Source of the DNA: a virus
Lineage: Duplodnaviria > Caudoviricetes
Direction: 5' to 3' (one strand)
Length of the DNA stretch: 64,000 nt
IMG/VR virus record: IMGVR_UViG_3300001598_000034
Span: 1-64,000 of that record
Both the position numbers and the translations under genes were made by a program. Shown here piece by piece: positions 37,692 through 45,886 of this stretch; the stretch's first letter is position 1, and the number at the start of each line of letters is the position of its first letter. Under the pieces are notes generated by a model, which did no database searches, was not told where the DNA came from, and saw only the letters and a list, made by a program, of their open reading frames with translations.

Positions 37692-37993
37692 AATAGATAT
37701 TTAAATATGCTAACTAACAAAAATTTTGTGAAGTCTATTTGAACAAAAATCATAAAATGTCGGTAGCCTCTCTGTGGATTATTGGAATTCGTCTATGTGC
37801 AGGATCGGATAACGGTCAAGATACAAGTATAACAGGATCTTGCCGATTATCAGATCCTTGCATCTATGAGACGTTTCCAATACTCCACAGGAGGGCGTAC
37901 GAATTTTGTGATGTTTGTGCAAATTAAAAGTTGGAAGAGGAAGAACTCTTCCTCCATATGATAACTCTTAGTTAGCATATTTAAATATCTATT
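37692..37993 (-). ncRNA. Retron msr-msd-like ncRNA E
   Basis: 26-bp terminal IR; G opposite G; GAGGAAG-AGUU-CUUCCUC hairpin; pyrimidine tract; ~200-nt imperfect hairpin. Confidence 0.65.
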
Positions 37994-38075
37994 GTAAAAA
38001 AGGAGGGACTTCTATACCGAGCTTTTCAGCACGGTATAGAAGGTAGGAAGAAAAAATCTAAAGCATCCTACATAA

Positions 38076-38198
38076 TACTTATACCATTTTTTACTCAATT
38101 TTTTCGACTACAAAATTGGTATTAAATAGCATAAGTATTCAGCTCCCGTAAACCACTCATTGGAACATACTAAATATCTCCGCATAATACTTATACCA
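38076..38198 (-). promoter_or_regulatory. Tandem leftward promoters (ATGGTATAAGTATTATG twice)
   Basis: Repeated extended -10-like motif at the point where transcription diverges. Confidence 0.6.
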
Positions 38199-38229
38199 TT
38201 TTATACTATATTTTTTTGATCTAAAAAAC

Positions 38230-38240
38230 AGGTATAATAT
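38230..38240 (+). promoter_or_regulatory. AGGTATAATAT promoter motif (putative late/phage RNAP promoter)
   Basis: Same motif at 41022, 48857, 48906, 51928, 59414, 63404 (+) and at ~1180, 7331, 7353, 9302, 14951, 26998, 29488 (-). Confidence 0.75.
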
Positions 38241-38275
38241 CAACTAGAAAATACTATATTAGGAAGGAGTCTTTT

Positions 38276-39031
38276 ATGACTACAGATAAAAACGATAAAG
38301 TATCTATTGGAGAAAAAGTTAAAACAAAGCATTCTATTCTAACTTATAATCCAGATACAAATTCTAATACCTTTCTAGACTATACCGAAAAGACCTTACA
38401 TACAAACTATGATAAGCTATATGAAATCAAAACAAAGAGAGGCTATAGCATAAAGGTAACAAATGACCATAGCTTAATAACTAATGGTTCTGAAGACTTT
38501 TTTGAAAAGGTGTCTCCAGATAAAGCTCTTGGTAAGTTTGTTCCAGTTCTGTATAGTTTAAAATGTGGATTTAAAAAGTACAAAACAGCAAAAGACTTAA
38601 TCAATGATAAGCATACAATAGAATTAACTGCAGAATTATTAAAGTATGATGATATGACTATATGCGCAATAATATCCTTATTGTCTGTACCAGATAAAGA
38701 TGATGAAAAGTTAATGCATATTAGATACTTTAATAAACTAGAAAAATACATTATTCTTTTACTACTTGCAAGGTTATCTTATTTTGTAGAGAAAATAACA
38801 GATGAAGAAATCTTAGCAACACTTTATAAAGGAAAACAAATACCAGAAAATAATAAACTAGTAGATGCAGAAGAAGTAGTTAACGACAATCCTGCTAATC
38901 CATACTTATCACTTCCTTACTCCTGGGATGAAATAATAGAAGTGAATGAAGTAGAGAGAGAAGAGATTACCTATGATTTCTCAGTGCCGCGATATCCATT
39001 ATTTATGGCGAATGGAATCATAGTATTTGAT
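38276..39031 (+). mobile_element. Intein C-terminal fragment (252 aa), lacking block A and ending in Asp
   Basis: Block B IKVTNDHSL; blocks F/G TYDFSVP..P.FMANGIIVFD followed by Thr+1. Confidence 0.75.
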
Positions 39032-40984
39032 ACAGTAATGGTTCATACACCTGTATCAGCAGAAGCCAGACAAGAAGCATTAGACAAGATGCTTCCTAGC
39101 AAAAACTTATTCCATCCACGCACAATGGCGCCTATACTAATGCCACGTCAGGAACATATCTTCGGTTTTTATCAAGCATCAAAAGATATTCCAGAGTTAA
39201 GAAAGAGCAATGTTAAAGCAGAATCCGTTATGGATTTGGATAAACTTCTTCAAGATATTAAAATGGGAAAAGTAAAACCAGATATGCCTGTAAGATATCA
39301 AGGGCAATTAACAACAGCAGGAATTGCAATAGCTATAGGTAATTTGCCACCGATGCTTAGAGACTACAATATGGTATGGGATAAAAAGAATATTACAAGA
39401 GTTATGGGAATGTTGGCAAAGCAAGAACCAACTAAATACCAATTTGTAGTAGATCTTTTTAAAGAGCTAGGTGGTTTATATGCTTATAAATTAGGATCAA
39501 CTTTCAAACTATCAGATTTTGATTTACAAAAGTTGAAAAAAATGCGCGATGCGTATTTCTCTAAAACAGACAAAGCTTTAGCAAAGATTGATAATAGCAA
39601 TTTATCTAAACAAGAGAAAGAACAGCGCATTGGTGAAGAACTACGTAAAGCACAAGCATTTGCCTCCAATTTAATGGAACAGCAAACAAATAATACTTTC
39701 AATAGACTTTATGTATCCGGAGCAAAAGGAAGTGGAGGACAGATAACACAGATTTTATCTAGTCCTACAGTAGTAGCAGACCCTAAAAACAGATTGATCC
39801 CTTCTCTTATTCACCATTCATATTTAGAAGGACTAAGCCCTGCAGACTATTTTACATCAAGTTACGGTACACGTAAAGGTAGTATTGCAGCTAAATTATT
39901 TGTAGCACCTGCAGGAGCTCTTTCCAAAGAAATAATGGGAAATACTCTAGAAGTAGTAGTATCATGTAAAGAATGTGGTACTGGTAGAGGGTTAAAGAGA
40001 GACATAGATGATAAAGAAAATGTTCTCTATAGACTAGAGGCAGGAACAAATAAATTCATAGATCCAAATTATTATGAACAGTTAAAAAGAAAAGGAATCA
40101 GAGAAGTAACCGTTCGTAGCCCTGCAACATGTGAAGCAAGAGAAGGTGTTTGCCAACATTGTTTCGGTTTTGATGAAAAGATGCAATTCCCAGAAATAGG
40201 CGAAAATGTCGGAGTAATGGCGTCCCAAGCAGTATCCGAAGTAATTTCTCAGAATACCATTTCTTCTAAGCATACAGCAGGAACTGCAGCAGAAGATAAC
40301 TATGGATTTAATGAAGTTAAAGCTTTCTATAATATGTCTTCTAAGTTCTCTGGAGCAGCTGTTATTTCTGAGGTATCTGGTAAAGTATCTAAGATTGAGC
40401 AGTCAGCAACTGGAGGTATGAATGTATTTATAGACAAAAAGAAATACTTCGTACCCCCTGGAAGAAGGGTTACAGTTGTCTTGGGTCAGGATATTAAAGC
40501 TGGAGATCCTATTTCAAATGGAATTATGCCATTTAGCAAAATAGTTCCTCACAAAGGTATAGAACAAGGTAGGCAACTCTTTATTGAAGCAGCTAACGAT
40601 ATTTATAATAAAGCTGGTGCACATACAATAAAGAAGAACCTAGAAACAATTTCTCGTGGACTTATTAACTATGTAGAGATAACAGACCCAGGAGATTTTG
40701 ATGAGTATGCAGAAGGAGATATTGTGGATTACAATAAGCTCATGGGAGATCTGCGTATGCACCCTGGTAAAAAGAAACCAGTATATCACCCAATCCAAAG
40801 TGGCACAAATAAATCCCCAACATTTAAAAACGACTGGTTAGATAACTTTGGCTTTAAGTTCTTAAAACAAAAACTTATTGACAACGCAGCAACGTTCTCT
40901 AAATCTCCGAAGAAACAATATAATCCAATCGCACCCTATGCACGCGGAGTTGGATTCGGAAAAGGTGAAAACGGAAAATACTAA
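38276..40984 (+). CDS. rpoC: Multisubunit RNA polymerase beta' subunit, C-terminal half, preceded by a split-intein C fragment
   Basis: VHTPVS.EA..EA; SGAKGS; bridge helix YF.SSYGTRKG; CGT; VRSP.TC...GVC..CFG zinc site; trigger loop GENVGV.A.Q...E...Q.T...H..G. Confidence 0.92.
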   Translation: MTTDKNDKVSIGEKVKTKHSILTYNPDTNSNTFLDYTEKTLHTNYDKLYEIKTKRGYSIKVTNDHSLITNGSEDFFEKVSPDKALGKFVPVLYSLKCGFKKYKTAKDLINDKHTIELTAELLKYDDMTICAIISLLSVPDKDDEKLMHIRYFNKLEKYIILLLLARLSYFVEKITDEEILATLYKGKQIPENNKLVDAEEVVNDNPANPYLSLPYSWDEIIEVNEVEREEITYDFSVPRYPLFMANGIIVFDTVMVHTPVSAEARQEALDKMLPSKNLFHPRTMAPILMPRQEHIFGFYQASKDIPELRKSNVKAESVMDLDKLLQDIKMGKVKPDMPVRYQGQLTTAGIAIAIGNLPPMLRDYNMVWDKKNITRVMGMLAKQEPTKYQFVVDLFKELGGLYAYKLGSTFKLSDFDLQKLKKMRDAYFSKTDKALAKIDNSNLSKQEKEQRIGEELRKAQAFASNLMEQQTNNTFNRLYVSGAKGSGGQITQILSSPTVVADPKNRLIPSLIHHSYLEGLSPADYFTSSYGTRKGSIAAKLFVAPAGALSKEIMGNTLEVVVSCKECGTGRGLKRDIDDKENVLYRLEAGTNKFIDPNYYEQLKRKGIREVTVRSPATCEAREGVCQHCFGFDEKMQFPEIGENVGVMASQAVSEVISQNTISSKHTAGTAAEDNYGFNEVKAFYNMSSKFSGAAVISEVSGKVSKIEQSATGGMNVFIDKKKYFVPPGRRVTVVLGQDIKAGDPISNGIMPFSKIVPHKGIEQGRQLFIEAANDIYNKAGAHTIKKNLETISRGLINYVEITDPGDFDEYAEGDIVDYNKLMGDLRMHPGKKKPVYHPIQSGTNKSPTFKNDWLDNFGFKFLKQKLIDNAATFSKSPKKQYNPIAPYARGVGFGKGENGKY

Positions 40985-40991
40985 TATTAAT

Positions 40992-41020
40992 CGAGAGCTT
41001 TTAATTAAGCTCTCTTTTTT
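40992..41020 (+). terminator. Intrinsic terminator
   Basis: GAGAGCTT-TTAATT-AAGCTCTC followed by a T run. Confidence 0.75.
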
Positions 41021-41101
41021 TAGGTATAATATTAAGTAGAATTAAAAAATAAATATGAATATAACAGATCAATATTATTTTTAGAATATGGAGACTAATA
41101 T

Positions 41102-43204
41102 ATGACAACTGATAACTGGTATCCTTTGCCACCTGATATGTCTCAGTGGAATAATGTAATTTTAGAGAACTTGGCACAGCATGTACCTTCTGCTACTAAT
41201 TATATTTCTGGATTGGAATGGTCAAACTTAAATCCTGCCACTGGAGAAGGTGACGGCGTAATTCAAATGATGAATGGAATGTGCGCCATTCCTATCACAA
41301 TTAAAGAAAACAAGCTCGCACCAATAGATACTATAGCTTCCAACTATGGATCAGAGCCAAAATTTTATCCACTAACTGAAACGTTCTTGCAAAAGATTTA
41401 CGCGGATAACGTTATTGGTCAGCCTGTAACAAAAGGCGCAAAAGAGGATGAAGACTATTTAGGTCCATCTGTAAAAATTAAACACATACGTACTGTAGAT
41501 AATATTAAACATGCAAGTAGAGCCGCGGCACAACGTACATTAGATATGATCGTAAAAAGTGCATCTGTATCTAATTGGATGATAGAAAACATGCCAGAGG
41601 TATTAACCGCATTGAATGATAGGGTTAATACAGTAGAGAAGGAAGCGTCTACAGAAGACGTAGAATTACCTGATCTAATGATGGTATGGAAAGATGGTAA
41701 CAATTTCTATGCTAACGGGAATCTTATAGACGCTGACGCTGTTAGCACCGTAACAAAAATGGCCGGAGCTTCTACAGAAGAAGTAACAAATTTAATGAAT
41801 GGTATTCCATTCGTTAGAGATTTCAGAGAAAAAGTAGCAGCAATCCACATTCCTAGCGAGCAAGAAGTTGTAGCTATGGATATAGAAGATAATAGAATTT
41901 TTGATATTGGTGGAAATAGAACACGCGCTAGAGAAGAACGTTATCCCGATATTTGTGTAACAACAGCGTACATGAAAGATGGCACTTCTAAACGAGGTGT
42001 AATCTTTACAGGAGCATCGGTAAAACAAGTTCAACCTAAAACAACTGTAGAAAATCCAAATCCACAAGATCAAGACCCAAGTATAGTTCCAGAAAACTTC
42101 TATGAAACGCATTTCTTAGAGTTGTTTGTCTGCGACGAAGGATATTCTCTAAACTATAATATCAAGACAGATGCCCGTATTGCACTTCCCGGTAAAACAG
42201 TTATGGATGTATCAACTCCAAGCAATCCCTCTATTGGAATGATTGGTGCTTTGATAGAAAGTGATGATCCAGAATTTGTATTCGTTAAATCCTTCGGTAG
42301 AGTAGAGGATATCACTTCTGCTGGTAAATATAAATTCTATCGTATGTATGATATGATTAATCATAATATGATATCAGTAAAGGTAACTCCAGAAACGTTT
42401 TTCTATGAAGTTCCAGACAATAGATTAGCTACAGTAACAGCCCCAGAAAGAACTTCTTTCGTATCGGCAACTGGAATCAATGGTATTCTGCGTAAAACTC
42501 AAGAAGGAAAGTTTGTTTTAGATGGTGAAAGCTATGATACGGTAAACGTTCCTTTTGCGCTGATGAACAAGTACGCAGCTGCGTATGAAGATGCAGTAAG
42601 TATTTGTAGAGTCGCAGAAAAGATTGGTCAATGTGAGTTTGAGGTACTTACAAACGTAGATAAAACAGCAGCTATTTTGCTAGAAGAAGTAGATACTACC
42701 AAGAAGAAAGATAACAAAAATACCAAAACCGGTACTGATGATGAGACTAAAGGTCAGCAAGCAGCTCAGCCACAATTAGCACAAGTTACACCTGAGCAAA
42801 TATTTTCCATAGATTTTGGTGGAACAGCAGCAGGTCAAGCACCTAACGCAGGAGACGCTCCCGGAGCAGGTCAAGCAGGAAAATCTGGTCAAGGAGTACA
42901 AGCAGGATATATTGACCCTGTGTCTGCTAACGACCTTGAAAATGTTGTAAACGTTAATAGTCCTAAAACAATGGATGCCTATCTGATGGCAAGCTTAAAT
43001 GGCGATGTAGATGCATCTCAAGAAAACTTAGCTCGTACAAGTGATAGTATTGTTGACGCATTAGAACATTTAAGCAAGATGTTATTCCTGGTACGTAATG
43101 GAAGTTTTGATTTTGTGTCTGAGACAGACATTCAAGCAGCAATGCAAAAGTTAAATGATATCCTATCTACTATAGGAATTCAACCAACAAAAGTAGGACA
43201 ATAA
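41102..43204 (+). CDS. Putative virion head/core protein
   Basis: 700 aa after a late promoter motif; several K-x-A motifs. Confidence 0.55.
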   Translation: MTTDNWYPLPPDMSQWNNVILENLAQHVPSATNYISGLEWSNLNPATGEGDGVIQMMNGMCAIPITIKENKLAPIDTIASNYGSEPKFYPLTETFLQKIYADNVIGQPVTKGAKEDEDYLGPSVKIKHIRTVDNIKHASRAAAQRTLDMIVKSASVSNWMIENMPEVLTALNDRVNTVEKEASTEDVELPDLMMVWKDGNNFYANGNLIDADAVSTVTKMAGASTEEVTNLMNGIPFVRDFREKVAAIHIPSEQEVVAMDIEDNRIFDIGGNRTRAREERYPDICVTTAYMKDGTSKRGVIFTGASVKQVQPKTTVENPNPQDQDPSIVPENFYETHFLELFVCDEGYSLNYNIKTDARIALPGKTVMDVSTPSNPSIGMIGALIESDDPEFVFVKSFGRVEDITSAGKYKFYRMYDMINHNMISVKVTPETFFYEVPDNRLATVTAPERTSFVSATGINGILRKTQEGKFVLDGESYDTVNVPFALMNKYAAAYEDAVSICRVAEKIGQCEFEVLTNVDKTAAILLEEVDTTKKKDNKNTKTGTDDETKGQQAAQPQLAQVTPEQIFSIDFGGTAAGQAPNAGDAPGAGQAGKSGQGVQAGYIDPVSANDLENVVNVNSPKTMDAYLMASLNGDVDASQENLARTSDSIVDALEHLSKMLFLVRNGSFDFVSETDIQAAMQKLNDILSTIGIQPTKVGQ

Positions 43205-43235
43205 ATGTAAGTTATTCAAGGAGGAGTGAGTACTA

Positions 43236-44063
43236 ATGGAAAGCTTATTAGCTAAATATAGAAACTCTTTAGTACGTCACCCGTCCTGGAGAGTTTATAA
43301 AGCACTTAAAGATATTTCTCAAGAACTTGAGAATATTAAAAGTAAAAATATTTTTGACCCAGAAGAATTAGAAAATTTATCTCCAACAACATTTGGATTA
43401 AAAGACGGTATAGAAGTATACTTGCCTTATGCAGATAATGATGACCTAACAAACGAAATCATTGCCGCTATAATAGATCCGGACTATACAGATCATGGAA
43501 AATTTGGTATAGTTGAATGTATGGCAATATTTTGTGATATAGAGAATAGGCAGCTTCTAGAAGGCATGCTTATGGAAGGTATCCTTCCTACAGATGTAGC
43601 CTTAGAGTTAAACCTCTCTCAATCCGTTGTTCAAACCTATTCTGCAGCATTTTTTGACACTACTGTTTGGAGAAGTGACTCTGATAAAATAGCATATCTT
43701 AAAGTAGGTACAATTGGTAAAGATGCAGAAATTAAAGCAATGATTGCTAAAAGCGGCATTGACTATGTAGCTTCTCTTGTTTATCATAAGCCTCAAAAGG
43801 TACGTATGGAAAAAGCTCTTGCTGATATGTTTGGAAGAGAATATAACTACGTAATTCAAAATATTGGTACGTATACTGAAGAAGGGCAACAAGATCCACA
43901 GAAATGGGCTAAAAATATGATAGAAATATTTAGGGAACTCAAGAACGCTTCTAGAGGTGATGGTGGCATAAGAGAATTGAGCATTGCTCTTTCAACCCAA
44001 CCACCACCAGCTATAGGGATAAGTGACCTAAATAAAATTGATAAAAATAAAGAGGTAAAATAA
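43236..44063 (+). CDS. Hypothetical protein, possible HTH
   Basis: PTDVALELNLSQSVVQTY resembles a helix-turn-helix. Confidence 0.5.
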   Translation: MESLLAKYRNSLVRHPSWRVYKALKDISQELENIKSKNIFDPEELENLSPTTFGLKDGIEVYLPYADNDDLTNEIIAAIIDPDYTDHGKFGIVECMAIFCDIENRQLLEGMLMEGILPTDVALELNLSQSVVQTYSAAFFDTTVWRSDSDKIAYLKVGTIGKDAEIKAMIAKSGIDYVASLVYHKPQKVRMEKALADMFGREYNYVIQNIGTYTEEGQQDPQKWAKNMIEIFRELKNASRGDGGIRELSIALSTQPPPAIGISDLNKIDKNKEVK

Positions 44064-44902
44064 TGGCAACAGTTAGTGATAGTTCCATTATGATGGCTGC
44101 TCAAGAGATTACTTCAGATTTCATAGACGGTAAAGTTACTCTTAATGAAGGAGTAGCTAAAAAAGCAAGTGATCTCGGGTATAACGTTGAACAAACGAAG
44201 CGCCTTATAGAAAGAACAAATACTGAAGCATTCATGAAGAAGTTTGCTACTGGAGAATCAGAATTTACATTAGCAGATCCAGACGTAATTCTGGGTGATA
44301 AAAATGTAAAAACAGCTTCCACCTATACTCTGTCTAATACAGAAGATAGTAATTCAGAAGGTATGTTTAAAGCAGCTTCTGAAGAAAAGAAAGAGTATAT
44401 ACCAAGCAATCATGGTTTTAATCTTGGAGCATCTAAAGAGTATCAAGAAAAATTAGCAAGTGTAGATCTTAGAGATATCTTTGGTCTTAATGATGATGAT
44501 ATGAAAGTAGATGCACTTCCTTCTGCAATTGATCCTGATATTGCAAATTGGAATAGAATGATTTGTGAAAGCACTAAGACCGCATCAGAAAGACAAGTGG
44601 AATATGATGCTAAAGCATTTGCATTCTATGATAAAGTAGACGAATTGGCAGAGTTCATTAAACAAGCAAGTCTTTCTGGAGACCAAAGTATTAGAGACTC
44701 TGAATTAGAGCTCTTAAATATGTTCCCAGAAAACGTAGATACAGTACGCAATTTGTATGATAATATTGTAGAAAAGATGGCAAGCGAGGGTGTAAATCCA
44801 AGTACACTAGAGCGCAGCGTAGAAGTACCTGTTTCTAAGTTGGCACATGAAAGCAAACTTACTCGTCTTTTTGAAGACTTGATCGATATCGCAAATAAAT
44901 AA
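44063..44902 (+). CDS. Putative head protein
   Basis: At least seven K-x-A-S motifs; lies in the head gene cluster. Confidence 0.55.
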   Translation: MATVSDSSIMMAAQEITSDFIDGKVTLNEGVAKKASDLGYNVEQTKRLIERTNTEAFMKKFATGESEFTLADPDVILGDKNVKTASTYTLSNTEDSNSEGMFKAASEEKKEYIPSNHGFNLGASKEYQEKLASVDLRDIFGLNDDDMKVDALPSAIDPDIANWNRMICESTKTASERQVEYDAKAFAFYDKVDELAEFIKQASLSGDQSIRDSELELLNMFPENVDTVRNLYDNIVEKMASEGVNPSTLERSVEVPVSKLAHESKLTRLFEDLIDIANK

Positions 44903-44904
44903 TT

Positions 44905-45603
44905 ATGAGAAATCTTAGTGATTTAGTTTATACACCATTTAGAGTAGTTAAAGATGCAGGAAAATTAAATCTTCCTGCACGTACGGATTTCAAAAGATTA
45001 TTAAAAAAAGTAAGTAGTGAGGAAAGTAATAATATGGATGAAGTAGTTTCTACAAGACCTGTAGAATATATGGAAGCAGAAGATACAGAAAAAGTAGCTT
45101 TTTCTTTCGGAGGATATTACGTCGGTAAAGCACCCCAAGTAGCAGCGAAAGCAGATAGCATGGGAAAAGTTTTTCAACGTGGATTAGTGGGTAGTTTAGC
45201 TTTAGGCCTAGGTGGCGCTTTATTGGGAGGAGCTAACGCTCTTATAAGTAATGCTATTGATAAAAGAAAATATGAAAATAATTTAAAGATAGCAGTGCAA
45301 ATGACACCAACATTGCAAAGATATCCAATGCAGATGCTACTATCATATTTGCCAATGATAGTAAAAGCATCACCAACAGTAGCATCAGATCCAAGACTTT
45401 TAGCAAATTATATGGAATCTATGTTAGACGCAGAAGGGCATTTGAATTTAGCTACTTTTAGAGAGTTGTCTTCTCTAGAAGGAAACGTTCTCCAAAATAG
45501 TGCGTTAGCAAATCCTATAAAAACAGAGTTAATTAAAGGAATTTCTAAAGGAATAGGACAAAACATGGGCACAGTAGTTGACAAAGGCTTTAAGGCACTA
45601 TAA
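44905..45603 (+). CDS. Putative virion (ejected/internal) protein with a Gly-rich hydrophobic segment
   Basis: GLVGSLALGLGGALLGG segment; EKVA motif. Confidence 0.5.
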   Translation: MRNLSDLVYTPFRVVKDAGKLNLPARTDFKRLLKKVSSEESNNMDEVVSTRPVEYMEAEDTEKVAFSFGGYYVGKAPQVAAKADSMGKVFQRGLVGSLALGLGGALLGGANALISNAIDKRKYENNLKIAVQMTPTLQRYPMQMLLSYLPMIVKASPTVASDPRLLANYMESMLDAEGHLNLATFRELSSLEGNVLQNSALANPIKTELIKGISKGIGQNMGTVVDKGFKAL

Positions 45604-45621
45604 TATAGAGGGAGAAATATT

Positions 45622-45870
45622 ATGAACGAAAATAACATTTTTGTAGATTTTGAACCTCTCGGTTTTCTAGTTAACGAATTAGGTTCAGAAAAAACTGCTG
45701 CAGATAAAGCAGGGGAAACTCTTGGAATTGATAGCTACTTGAGTGGGTTAGAAGTTGGCATGGGTGTACCTGACGGAATGCTTGCACACGAAAAAGTAGC
45801 TTGTCAAGAATTAGGAAGAGAAATCATGATGGATTTCATTCCTAGCATTTTTCTCAGCCATAAGGCTTAG
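45622..45870 (+). CDS. Small head-cluster protein
   Basis: EKTAA and EKVA motifs. Confidence 0.5.
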   Translation: MNENNIFVDFEPLGFLVNELGSEKTAADKAGETLGIDSYLSGLEVGMGVPDGMLAHEKVACQELGREIMMDFIPSIFLSHKA

Positions 45871-45886
45871 CATTGGAGGTTAGAGA

